DNA of 64,000 nucleotides from Azolla caroliniana. Its lineage: Eukaryota; Plantae; Polypodiophyta. Within the stretch, counting starts at the first letter, position 1; each line of letters starts with the position of its first letter. Shown here one piece after another: positions 23,501 through 36,427 of this stretch. The stretch covers positions 5,580,001-5,644,000 of the forward strand of contig JBHGNT010000015.1 of the NCBI GenBank assembly GCA_043228905.1, in the 5' to 3' direction. Both the position numbers and the translations under genes were made by a program. The notes beneath the pieces were generated by a model, which saw only the letters and a program-made list of their open reading frames with translations, did no database searches and had not been told where the DNA came from.

Positions 23501-26500
23501 ATCACCCTCAGTGCCCTTGGACGGAGACACGCCGCAGAGAGTGTGAACCGGTAAGGAAGTGTTTTACCGGTATCTTCATGGAGAACAAGACCCTTGCCGA
23601 CTGGGAGTCAGAGAAGAAGATAATGAACTCCGAGTTGGCCGGTAAGGATCAATTCGATGAGATACGAACCTACCCGGCTAAGAGCCGGTTGACACTCGAA
23701 GAACCGGCCAGTTACGGTGAAGAACAAATAGAGGAGCCGGTTGCCGAAAGCCAAAGACGGAGATATCCTCTCAGAGAAAGAAGAGCCCCCCGGAGATTTC
23801 CGGATGCAGAGCCGGAGAGCTTAGAAGAAGCAAAAGAGGATACCCACAGCCGCAAGTGGTTGAGTGCCATGCAGGATGAGATGGATTCCCTGCATGAGAA
23901 CCACATGTATGAACTGGTGGAGTTGCCGAAAGGAAAGCAGGCACTTTGAAACAAGTGGGTGTACAAGCTGAAACCGGGAGATGCCGACAACCCCCCCAGA
24001 TACAAAGCTAGGATCGTGGTCAAGGGGTTCTAGTAGAAGAAGGGCGTGGACTTCGACGAGATATTTGCCCGGATAGTAAATATGACTTCCATCCGAATGG
24101 TGTTGAGCATAGCGGCAAGCATGGATCTCGAGGTAGAGTAGTTAGACGTGAAGATGGCATTCCTCCACGGCGACCTCGAAGAGGAGATCTACATGCAACA
24201 ACCGGAGGGATTTGTGAAGAAAGGGAAGGAGCACCTCACTTGCCGGTTGAAGAAGAGCCTCTACAGTTTGAAGCAGGCTCCCTGGCAATGGTACCAGAAG
24301 TTCGACTCCTTCATGGCCGATCAAGGGTACCACAAGACGTAGGCCGATCACTGCGTATTTGTGAAGAAGTTCGAAGGTGGAGACTTCCTAATACTCCTCC
24401 TATACATGGACGACATGTTGATCGTCGAACGAGACCAAGTCAAGATATGGATGTTGAAGAAGGCTCTGAACTATACCTTCTCAATGAAAGACTTGGGTCC
24501 GGCAAGATAGATACCGGGGATGCACATCATCCGGGACCGGTCGAAGAATGCAACGTATCATTCCAGGACGAAGCACATCCAGTGGAGGTACCACTGGATC
24601 CGGGAGTGAGTGGCAGATCGAGAGTTTGTGTTGACAAAGATCCACACGGAGGAGAACGGGTAAGATATGCTGACCAAAGTGCTGACACCCGGCAAGTTGG
24701 ACGCATGCCGGAAGCGGATCGGATTGTTGAGGCATCCCATGCTAGAGTGAAGGGGGAGTTTGTTAGGATTTCGGTCCCTCCGGATGGGATGATGAAGGCC
24801 CAGTGAGAACCGGATGAAGGGACATATATGTAAATATGTTCTAGAGAGAGAGCCCACCAGGGCTATATTTGTAAATAGCTTGAAAGTCATATTAGTATAA
24901 ATATGACCTAGGGCAAACTCTTATTGTGGGTTGTTGTCATTATTTTGTATAGAGTTATTGGTGTAACTGTTGTACAGAGTGTAGCAAAGGAAAGAGAGAG
25001 AGAGAGAGAGACAAAGTGAGTCTCAGTTGTAACCGCATGTTGGCAAAGATTGAGAGCACGAGGTCGTTGCCTCTGTGTTCCCCTTGTTGTATTCTTCAAG
25101 CCATACTGATAGTTTGGAGCTAGTGGGCTCCCGTGGTTTTTCCCATTTAGGGTTTTCCACATAAACATTGTGTGTACTCTCTCTTGCTCTATTGTTTGTG
25201 TGTATACGTGCATTTCTTCCTATTCCCATCTTTCTGTGGTTGATCCTAAGACTCGGTTGTTGCCGAGCAATATTCCGCATATTCCTATCATGTGGCTGAG
25301 CCTTTTATGCTACAACTCACCATCTGAGTCGGCAACCACATTTCCTTCATCTCGGCACAATTTTGCATGCATTACATACAATGTGTTCTGCTTTTGTGCT
25401 CGAGCCACAATCAGACTCCCTTTACAAAACTTCCATGCACCATTATGAATGCTACCACTATAGCCTTCATCGTCCAGCCGATATCAGATTCAATCTCACA
25501 TCCGGAACGTGGCGTAAATCCTTCAACATTAACCTACAGCCAGTAGATGTTAACAAGCACACATTTCCTATGCCCAGAATCCTACATTCACCGTTGTTTC
25601 CCATCCTTATGTAGCCATAGTCACCGGCTGTTTAAGATGAGAAACATTCTCTTTGGGGAGTTAGGTGAAATGATGTACTAGAATCAATTACCCAAGAGCA
25701 CTTAGAATTTGCAAGGTTCACAGTAGCTTGTTCACAAATAAATAACATCTCTCCCTCATTGGTTGCAATGGCTAAAGTGTTTTTATCATCAAAAAAATTT
25801 CTAGGTTCAACATCATCAGCCATGCCTTTGTCCTTCCTAAGGTGTCAACAATTACTTTGAAAATGACCAAGCTTCCTACAATAGAAGCACGTGGGCCTTC
25901 CTCTAGATTTTTAGGACTTCTACGTTTGCTTCTTCCTCTACCAAGTTCTTGTGTCCCATTAGCTTCCGATTGAGACAAGACACTTTTATCCTTTCTTCTT
26001 GTCTCTTCGTTCAGAATGCTTGTTTTCATTACTTGTAAGGACAAGTTCTCTTCTTTACAAGAGGCACTAAGTGACACTACTAGGTTCTCCCAATTATCTG
26101 GTAGAGTACATAGTAGTAACAGGGCCTGCATGGCATCGTCTAATGGGAACTTCGCTGATGCTAACTGGTTTACTAGTCCCATGAAAGTACTGATGTGCCC
26201 CATGATGCTATCACCATTTATGTACTTTAGCCTCACTAACTTTCTCACTAGGGAAGTTTTATTTAGGGCATTTTTCCTTTCATACAGGGAAGAGAGTTTA
26301 TGCCACAACTCATAGGCATTTGTATCAATTGCTACATGTTGTAGGATGCTAATGTCTACACATTGTCTTATGGTTGCCACAACCTTTCTATTTAGGGTTT
26401 TTCACTCAGACTCTATTACCCCTGTTGGTATATCCTTCCTATCTATCGGCTCATACAGGTCTTTAACTATTAGAAGATCCTCCATCTTGATCTTCCAGTC

Positions 26501-27238
26501 GGCATAGTTATGGGAGTTTAGGACTATCATCCCTAGAAATCCAATCATACTTCCTTCCATCTAGGACCTAGCGCTCTCATACCTGATTGATATGATTATA
26601 GTCAGAGACAAACCAGAAAAGATAGATTTCGAGACACAACCACAAGTCAACACACAAATTTACGTGGAAAACCCTGAATCCAGGGTAAAACCATGGAGCT
26701 GAAAGATTTCCACTATGAGAAAAGAAAATGCAAAGCATATGACGATAGAAGTTGTTTAGGTTATGGATGCACTCCCTTGTTGTTGTCTGAAACCACGGTT
26801 TCAACCGAGTCCACCAAACCCTAACTTGTTTCTACTTACCTCTTTAGGGGCTCTTAGAGCTTCTCTGCTCTACCTCTCTTTGTTTTCTTCCTCTCACATT
26901 TTCTCTACATTGTTTCAGCTCTCTATTCTTCTCACTTAGCTCTGCTCATGCTACTCAGAGTTATACTCTCTCGCTTGTTCTCTGTTCATTTTGCACTCTC
27001 TCTCTAAGTTCTTCGCTACTCACAACTCTCTACTTTGCTTATGCTCATAGGTAATAACTTACATAAAACCTAACTACTATATATATATATATTATTTGAC
27101 CATTTGGCGTACTCTCATTCAGCCTTCCGGCCGATTTCGATTAGCTGACTCTCGTTCGGCTTCTCAACCAATTTCGGCCTCTCGGTCGATTTTCGGCTCT
27201 TCAGCCGTCTCCCCCATCAGGAGGGACATGCTTCCATA
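20530..27238 (-). mobile_element. Truncated copia element G (5' LTR ~26588-27238, gag-PR 25291-26560, integrase piece ~20530-20904), split by element F
   Basis: ORF 25772-26380 is gag (QALLLLCTLPDNWE); WVIDSSTSFH protease; HKRLSH at ~25300; integrase HIDVCY...VRTDNGGEY. Decayed PBS at ~26570-26584. Outer boundaries are approximate. Confidence 0.75.
20905..25290 (+). mobile_element. Ty1/copia element F (Tnt1/Tork-like) with internal deletions, LTRs ~20905-21482 and 24761-25290
   Basis: LTRs begin TGTTAGGATTTCGGTCCCTCCGGATGGG. PBS-like TAGTATCAGAGC at 21486 and PPT AAGGGGGAG. Fragments of gag (MEDSFGGMFKLTGSNY), IN (VRADNGGEY) and RT (FLHGDLEEEIYM). No matching TSD. Confidence 0.87.
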
Positions 27239-29046
27239 TATATATATATATATATCGACCCATAAATACATGTATCTTTACATAAACATGTATATATGAA
27301 TGCATATATGTTAAAACCTAACTAATTCGTTAACAAGCACCTACAATTTATTGTCATATGCTAAATGCAATCACCACATAAGGTATACAATTGTTTTCTA
27401 TCTATATCCTTTCAATTTTTTTGAAGAGTACATTTACGCAACTATTTGATACAAACCATTTTATGTTTTTATAGGAATGGATTTCAGGGTTAGCATCTAT
27501 CCTTGGACCTGCAATAGTGCTAATGTGATAATCACAAGTTTCCTAATTCAAATGGCAGATTGAATGTTTGCAAAAAACAACTATGACCAAAATAAATGAA
27601 ACTGCTCAATTTCATTCGTGATGGGTGTATTTAATAAATTCTTTGAACCATTAAGTACTCATAAGATCACCTCATAATAAGCATATCAGCTTCGGTATGA
27701 AGGATTCAAAGAGTTCATGTTAGTCTGGTTTAGATCCTTATAGTTTGGTGTATATGCTATATTATTATACTTGTACCCATGGAAGAATGCAACATACCAA
27801 TGGAAGCTTGACGGTAGGTCAACATTCTTGTAACAATTGCTTATAACTAATGAAAGGATATTTTCAGGATAAATAAATAAATAAATTATAATACTTGTAT
27901 TAGATTACACATTGAAATTAGGACTTTTCAAGTGGGAGATTGTTAAGGAAATGAACACCAACATTTTTGGTAAAAATAAGGGAGGCCACTAAGTAAAATT
28001 TTTTGTGGATTTGCATTGTGAAGCTTTCCTACTTCATCACAATGATAACAATTAACAAAGAAAAGTTATTGTTCAACTTTAGTTGTCTTGCAAGAATACA
28101 ATAAATTTAGGTGTAAAGATAGTTTTAAATCATTCTTCAAGTGGAAGATTGTAAATAAAATGAGCACCAAATAATTGTGCTTAAAAATAGGGGAAACCAC
28201 TAACCTACATATTGTGGTGTCCCTTTCATGCGAGTGCATGCCTCTTAACACACCACCCTTTTACCACACCCTTTTGGGACGCATGTAGCTAGGCTGGCCC
28301 AAAATGGGTAACTTTGTATCTTCTATAAATTAAATGATAAGTAAGAAGCTAGGCAAGCTGGTTTGGTTTCCTTTTATGTGCATTTCACATAATTGGTGGA
28401 GAAGCAGGGTAAAATTTTAGTCATTACCACCTCGTTCATGGCATCCCAATTCCCTCTCATCGCCGATACCCCAATGGAGCCCGAGTTCTCAGAAACTCAC
28501 GAACGACCACCCCCTTTCCAAATGGAGCAGCTCCTCCAACTCCTCTCCAACGTCATGCTTCAAATCAACCACACAAATCAAGCTATGCTCTCCTTCCTCT
28601 CCGCTAACAACGGCCGCACTCAAGATCAGCCAGATTCCAAGGTTCGCCCGAAGTCCTTCTCCGGCATGCCTTCCGAGGATGTCTTAGCCTAATTGGACCA
28701 CTTTGAGATGATCTCTAATTACCATCGATGGTCTGACGAGGGCAAAGCTTTGGACGTTCGTACCCTACTCAAAAACGTCTCCGCCACCTAGTACGTCCAA
28801 CAATCAAGCGACGTGATAGAGAACTGGGTGATCCTCTGGGATCTCCTCGTGCAAAACTTCACCCATCAAAATTCGGCCCAAACGGTGTTACAACAACTCG
28901 AAACATTGCAACAACAAGCACACGAACCCATGGGCCAATTTGGTGTTCGCCTCAATCAACTCCTCATTCCTGCCGACCCTACCATGCTCGAGTATGTGAA
29001 TCTTTTCTTCTTATGGCCCCATTTGCGCCATGACATCACTCGTCAC

Positions 29047-31607
29047 TGTCGTGAAATCCGTCACTATGTGCGGATCGTGAGGCGGAACCACCAAGCTTAT
29101 GGACGGGAAGGAAATAGGGCTCACACACACAACACAAGGAAGGCGTACACAAACAAGGAACGAGTATTCGAAAGTGTTTGTGAAAAGGAGAGGTGCATGG
29201 GCAAGCCCGAATCAATCCCTAGTCACAAGGCGCATAAATGCACGTGAGGAAGGCTTACACATGGATACAGAAGGAAAAGGCTTACTTACACACACGAGAG
29301 ACAGAGTTTTGAATGCCTTTGTGAAAAGAGAGGTGCATGGGCAAGCCCAAACGCTCCCTTGTTACAAGATACGCGAACACACAAGCAAGGTTTACACATG
29401 GGAGACACAATTTTGAATGCCTTTGTGAACAGTGCATGGGCAAGCCCAAGTGCTCCCTTGCGACAAGTTGCATAAACACACAAGCAAGATTTACACTAAC
29501 ACGCAAGACACGATTTTGAACGCCTTTATGAAAGGAGAGGTGCATGGGCAAGCCTGAACGCTTCCTTGCCACAAGTCGCACGAACACACAAGCAAGATTT
29601 ACACTAACATGCAAGACACGATTTTGAACGCCTTTGTAAAAGGAGAGGTGCATGGGCAAGCCCGAACGAGCCCTTGTCACAAGACACACAAACAATTAAG
29701 CACAAACAACGATAACAAATGAGCACAATCAAGATTTACACATAAGACAAGTAGATGAAAGAAAACATTAGTTTATATCAATAGAATAGATTCTTTTATA
29801 ATATAAGAATCATCTTACAATGGGTTGGATGTGAATATGAAGGATTATTTATAAAGGAATGGGGGAAGAGAGGTGGAGGAAAGAAGGGAGTGGAGTATAG
29901 AAGGAGTTTCTTTGTTGATGATGCCTCTCAATGTTGTTGATCCTTCTTCTTCCGCTTTCGAATTGAGTAGAGCTTCCACGTTCCTTCTCCCTCCCCGCCC
30001 TTCTTCACTAGAATAGGCTCTTATTTATAGGTTTAGGATTGCTTGCCTTTTTCCCCTAAAAAACAGCTTTTCTATACGAGTCGACTTTTCATTTCCTCAC
30101 TATTTCTATTGTGTAGCCCCAAATTTCACATGCAAGATATTCATGGAAAGCTCTTTGGGTTAGCTTTCTTATGCATCTTTTATTTTCTAATTTGGACATC
30201 TGACGAGGAATTTATGAGCTTTTTTCTCTACTATGCTTCTCATATCCACGCGTGTTTTTTTTTTTTCTCTCAATCTTTTTCTCTACTTTTGAAAACTGCC
30301 TCTAACTTAATATTCATCATTATTTATTGTAAGGTTCAATCCTTTGACCATTTATTTATAAGGAATTATCTTTAGAAAATGAAAAAGTATTTTTTCTACC
30401 AATAAAATTGACTTCACAATACTAGTTTATTTGAACTACTATTTTAGTTCTCTTCGAGGGTGGTTTCACACTGTGTTAGAAACATCACGACACCGGCACA
30501 ACTGTAAGAAACACGGGTTTTCGATATGCCATTGGATTCCCACATTATCGATACCATACGTGAGGACTTGAAGACAGATACTTTCGCTCAAGCCATTCTA
30601 GCACAAATTGATCCCCCTCGGGCATCTTGTTCACAGTTGCAACAACCAGTTACGGATTATCGACAATTCAAATGTCATGATGGATTACTATTCTTTAAGA
30701 AGCTCTTGTATGTTCCTAATGGTTCTTGTCACCTTTGAGTAGTCGAAAATTGTTATAACACATATAAAGTTGGGCATTTTGTTAGTACTAAAACGTTAGA
30801 TTTAGATATATGAAGATGGCCCATTTCTTGCCATGTACTAAGGAAATCACTAGTGAAGAAACTGCCCAAACTATCATGCGTGAGGTATGTCGACCTCATG
30901 GCCTCCCCGATAGTATAATCAGCGATTGTGGACCCTAGTTTGTCTCAAAATTCTGGAAGCACCTCTTCAAACTGCTCAAGGTCACTGGTAACCTCTCCTT
31001 CGGCTACCACCCGCAAATAGACGGACAAGCAAAACAAACAAATCAAATGTTGGAACAATATCTTCAGTGTTTTCTAAGCTATCACCAAGATGACTGGGCA
31101 GATATTCTTTACTTTGCTGAATTTGCATATCATAGCTCTATCCACGCATCGACTAAGGTTACACCATTTTATGCTTATGCAGGCTATCTTCCCGGTGGTG
31201 TGTGTTTGAAACTTTGGAGTCGACTTTTCTTTTCCCCTAAAAAAAAGCTTGTCTATATGAGTCGATTTTTCTTTTCCTCACTATTTCTGTTTTCTAGCCT
31301 CAAATTTCACATGCAAGATATTCTTGGAAAGCTCTGTAGGTTAGCTTTCTTATGCATCTTTTCTTTTCTAATTTGGACATTTGACAAGGAAATTATGAGC
31401 TTTTTACTCGACTTTGCTCCTCATATCCACGGGTAGCTTTTCTTTTCCCATCTTTTTCTCTATTTTTGTCTACTTTCGAAAACCTCTTCTAACTTTTTAT
31501 CCTTTCATTTATTACTATAGTTAACTTAAGAAAATTAGTTTATTTGGACCACTATTTTATTCTCTTTTGAGGGTAGTTTCACACTATGTGTTGAAAATAT
31601 CACGACA
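29047..31607 (+). mobile_element. Deleted gypsy derivative M: long LTR-like segment 29047-30492, integrase remnant 30526-31210, partial second LTR to 31607
   Basis: Starts TGTCGTGA and ends TCACGACA twice (30492, 31607). 30050-30492 is repeated at ~31220-31607. Integrase motifs HGLPDSIISD and LEQYLQCF...DWADILYFAEFAY. Confidence 0.65.
29140..29695. repeat. Degenerate tandem repeat (~100-140 bp unit, ~5 copies) in the LTR-like part of M
   Basis: Recurring GAGAGGTGCATGGGCAAGCC and CACACAAGCAAGATTTACAC motifs. Confidence 0.8.
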
Positions 31608-32467
31608 CCGCGCTCGGGACGAAGGTCCCAAGCCATTCAACGACGCCATCCTCATTGCCCAACGCATCAAAGCTTGTACGTTATCTTATTCCCAACCACG
31701 TTGGTCCCATCCATCATCGACCAACTTGCACGCCCAATACCAAGGCGCGGCCCCCATGGACATTGATGTCCAAAACATGCAATTGCATGCTAGCCGCAAC
31801 CTTCCCAATCATGATGGCCAAGGGCGCCTGAAGTGTTTCTATTGCAACAATTATGGACACGTCCGACGTTACTACCGGAAATTGCAACAACATTCTCACA
31901 AGCAATAAGTCCAGATAACTATGGCTAATGCGGCATCGTTGGACGAGCTTCCGGGAAACTAACTTCTAGGGTGCTAATGGAAGAGCCAGCCCTCCACATC
32001 CAAGCGTCCGCCTCTTCCACTTCTGGGGTGCTGATGCACCGCTCTCGCCAGCATTAATCATTGCACCCACACCATCTTGTTAGAATTTGGTAGTAGCATC
32101 TCTTCCATTAGCATCGCCTTAGTTCACCAGTTAGGTCTCCCCACATCCACCGCTCCTTCCATCCAAGTCCTTTTTGGCGATTACCAACATCTTCACCACT
32201 CTTGCACGCAAGCTCATTGCACGTTCACCTTAGGCACTCTCACCTTCTCACACCACTTTTATGTCTTGCCCCACCAACTCTTCCCCCTCACCTTAGGTTG
32301 TGATTGGTTCCTCAAGCGTCACACTCTGATTGATTTCGATGCGCATAAACTTCTTGTCCCATATGCTCCTCCTATCCCCCTTCTACACGATAGCTCCCTT
32401 GTTCCCCACCTTAGCCAAGTCCAGGTGGCCCTTAGTCCACAAGAGAGATTGGTCTCCATCCGCCAAT

Positions 32468-32503
32468 AACACGTTCGCGTTCACAAGTGGAAGGATCGCG
32501 CAT
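32468..32503 (+). repeat. Left TIR
   Basis: AACACGTTCGCGTTCACAAGTGGAAGGATCGCGCAT. Confidence 0.92.
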
Positions 32504-32825
32504 AAATGGAAGGATAAGGGAAATTTTAGGGGTTTTTCAATGATTTTACAAAACACATTTATACCAGTATCATACAAGTTCAAACATACTATGAAAAAGG
32601 TTAAAAATCCACTATTTTCGTGATTTAGAAGTAACTAAAAAAAGACGAATTTCAAAAACATACATTCTCAATTTATATCACAAACTTTACAACCAATGTT
32701 ATTTTATAAGAAACGATTTTTGGGAAATCATAAGAATTCAAAACACATGATTTTATATTACTCGATTTGTTACAAGCAGAATGTAGTTACACTTAATTGC
32801 CAAATATACATTCATGATCACTCCT

Positions 32826-35606
32826 TTACGGAGAATCACTACTATAACTAATATACAATGACGATTCCTCCTCATCATCCTCGGATGTACCAATCAGTGC
32901 ATTATCTTCGTCATAAACCAAATGGTTTGACTCTAGATTATATGTAGCAGATCTCGTTTGCCTTTGACTCGAGCCACCTTGTAGACCTGGTAATTTTTCT
33001 TTTATTATATCTATTGTTGACTTCCTTAATCGTCCGGCTTTTGTAAGTGTGAAGTCGTACACGATGATATCCACATCAGAGATATCAAGGGTCGAGGTGT
33101 TACGAATGTTTCGCTTCCTCTTCCTACCTCCCCTTCTTGTTTGGCATTCAATCATCTCCAATGTATACTTACCTGTAAAAGCATTTGCACTTCTAGTGTT
33201 GTACCAATGAACATTTATAGACTTAATCGTGTTTTCTATTTCATGCATTAGCACTTCTAGAATTTTACCAACCCAAAATTGGTGGCCATGTGAGTTCTCA
33301 TCAGCCGGCGTTGCAATCAACATCCCCGCGGTGAGCTCTTGCAAATTTCCTTGCCATCTAGCTTCGGCTGCTTTGGTCATCCTTGGTCCCACATAAATGT
33401 CTCTTTGTTGTGGATGGACCAAGCTGTCATTAATCGCATTTACTAGTCGCTCCGGACTTCTATTTACGCGATCATGTTGCAGCGACCATGTGAATGGCGT
33501 TTCCAAATTCCAATTATCAACAGATACACAATTGTCTATAATTTCTTTCTGATCACTATAAAATACATCCCACCATTACGTGTCTTGTTGTGCGGCATAT
33601 TTCTTGGCGGCCTCAATATGTTTTCTTTTTTCTTCTAAGGCTTGGAGCCATGACCGTTTTTGTTCTAATACCAAGTCGCTCTGCAACTGTCCTTTCTTCT
33701 CAATTGGCATTTGCTTAGCTCCATGGACAATTGTACTCGGCATACAAAGTAATAACTGGCAACCACCTTCAGGTTCCCATGTTGTAGAAGATGAATATTG
33801 TTTAGCATACAAAAGTGTAGAACCACTTATTCCATTTTTCTTTATCAAAAAAATGTGATTGAAACTTATATTGTTTAACTGAGCAAGCACTTTAACATTC
33901 CCACCACCCCCATCTAATATATATCTCTTAAAGTCATATACCTCCTTCAAGTGTAACACTTTTGGGCGTGGTGTATATGCATCACAAATGACATCACATA
34001 GTTTAGGTAAAGTGAAAGCATCATGCCGAGACAACTGTCTGGAGAATGTGCTAAACATCTGATCTATATGGTCATGTGTGTGGCCAACCAAAAGGAAATT
34101 GACTTTCACTTTCCTAAACAATTCTAGGTTGACCAACATACTTAGATAGCCAAATACAGTTGAATTTTTGTTCTCTCTAGCAGTATTGTCCAATTGAATG
34201 TATAGAACAGGGGGGAAAGGTTGTCCCCAAGACATCAAAACTCGGTGAATCACTGTAACTGTTAGGTTAGGGTCATTGTGAACATTGGGGTAAGTAATGA
34301 AGACGTGAGGTCGAACAGACCTATTATAAGCCAAGCATCCCACCAAGTGCATTTGAACAAGGCACTCATCATTGACATCTTTGGGGAGCCTCCGCATATG
34401 CGGCAAGCATGTCTTCTTCTGGTCCATGCCATCTATCATTAAGCACATGTATTGTTTAGGCCTCTTCAAACACTTCTCTCTATGATGCATCGCCTTCCTT
34501 CGTTCTAAGGATTGTGCCTCACGATGCTCTTGTAGTAACTTCTTACTCGTATCCTTTTCCATTGATGTCTTTGCACCTTTAGCCAAACTTTTAAGATTTG
34601 CACAAATGGAGCAATAACCCATACGTACTTTACGAGGAATAATAACATTTGAAAACCGAGCTCTCCATAATCTTGTGAATTGGCTATAGGTGATAGACTT
34701 ATTACGTGAGCCCAGCATTTCAGATCGATAGACATCATAAACTTCCCGACGGGTATAATTATCAGAAAGATGCATCCTACCTGTAGTGGGCATTACTTCA
34801 CAATTTAACTGAAAGTAAGTTTTCATCCAGCCAATAGCTAGTCTTCCAATTGCACCTTTCATACTTGGAACCTCTTTACAATTGAGCATCTGATCCCCGC
34901 TAAGTAGACGTTGTTGTACTCTATGTAGCCGCATGTTACTAACACATAACACAATTTTGAATGCAACTCTACATATCTGTTGCGCATGGAAGATATAATA
35001 CTCGAATGATACTTTGATCCCCGTACATTTGTCAGATACTAGTTGCATATGTGATCCGAGGTAAGTGTCTTGCTCATCACCGGTCATCGAAAAATAGTAT
35101 CGCCTTAATTCTCGCAACTTTGATTTTCCAATCATAGACATACAACCACGGGCACAACATATTTTGTTGACATCAAATCCAATCTGTTTATCTGATGTCA
35201 CCAAGCTAAATCTAGCCAGACGAATTCTTCGTGGGATTCTTCTAATATGCATAGGGCTCCCAGATTTCTCTTCCTGCATAGAGGTTGGTGTAACCTTGTT
35301 ACAGTCTAATTCTCTGTTCTGACCATCGCCAATGTTATTCAATGTTTCCTGGGCACTTCCTTCATTCTCGGTATCTTTATTAATATCGTATTCTTCAATA
35401 GAGAACTCTTCACATGTGTCATTATTTACATTCCCTGTAGATGAGCTCAGACAATATTCTTCGATAGAATATCGTGAGTCGGTCGAAAGACAATATTCTT
35501 CAATCGAATATGGTGACTCTGTTGACAAACAATACTCTTCAGTAGAAAACGATGGGTCTGATGACAAACAATATTCTTCAATCGAGAACGGTGAATCTTC
35601 ACTCAT
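32826..35606 (-). pseudogene. Transposase (Sola1/DUF7869-like DDD), ~926 codons with a single in-frame TAA at 33576-33578
   Basis: ORFs 33576-35606 and 32826-33506 are in the same frame and the linker is open (QQDT*WWDVFYSDQKE). Motifs CCARGC, ICRVAF, MGYCSIC, IDGMDQ, IQLDNTARENKN, FLLVGHTHDHIDQMFS. Confidence 0.8.
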
Positions 35607-36427
35607 GGCTTAAGGTCTAGATAGGGCTCTCTAAGTTATACTCCTCTCTAACCATATACTCCTCCCTAAACATAAACTTCTCTCTAAACAAAAGCCAAAT
35701 CAATAGAATGTCTATATTATGTAATATTCTATTAATACAATACATCTAAAAATTATTTTTAATAAAGTAATTTAACTTAAATTATCAATCATTATATAAA
35801 CTAGATCTAAATGATGTTAAATCAAGTAAAATATAAAACTAATCATTAACAAGCCTTGAATATGTTGGATTAATGTTAAAATCATTGGCTAATTAATGAC
35901 ACCCATTTTGATATAGAACGTCTCACTCATTGGTTCTTTAATGCTCACCATTTTAAATATTAGACTTATAATCATTGGTTAATTCATGCCCACATCTTTA
36001 ATACATAACATTTGAGAGTCATAAAAATTGTTGCTTTTAGTAATCAATCATTGGTACATTCATGAACCTCTATCATTGTCTCCTTCATAACCTTTGAAGT
36101 GATTGTAGGTTGTTATGAGTATAAAAGATTGATCAATATGTTAGTTTGACTTTGTAATCATTAATACAATCATAAGTTACTATAGTTAATGTGACTATGG
36201 TTACAAACTAACTATCCTCAAAGTTACCAACATTGGTTAAGGTGACTATGGTTACTTTAACCATGGGTTCAATCCCTATAAATAGGAAGACCTCATCATA
36301 TTTCACTCACCAGAGCGTACAGAGCGTACAGAGCACTCAGAGCACACAGAGCACACAGAGCACACAGAGCACTCAGAGCACAAAGCACGAAAGCGCGATC
36401 TCCGCCTCCACTTCAACACGATCAACC
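35607..36427. promoter_or_regulatory. AT-rich divergent promoter region and 5' UTRs between the transposase and MTase genes
   Basis: TATAAATA at 36277 upstream of ATG 36428. ATTGG (reverse CCAAT) at 35884, 35929, 35974, 36050 and 36232. CAGAGCAC(A/T) 9-bp repeats at ~36311-36380. Confidence 0.55.

Noticed and set aside
27240-28210. Possible host gene or further LTR remnant in an AT-rich stretch
   Set aside because: No convincing ORF or exon chain. A PPT-like AAGTGGGAGA-TTGT at ~27930 is suggestive, but no partner LTR or TSD could be found.
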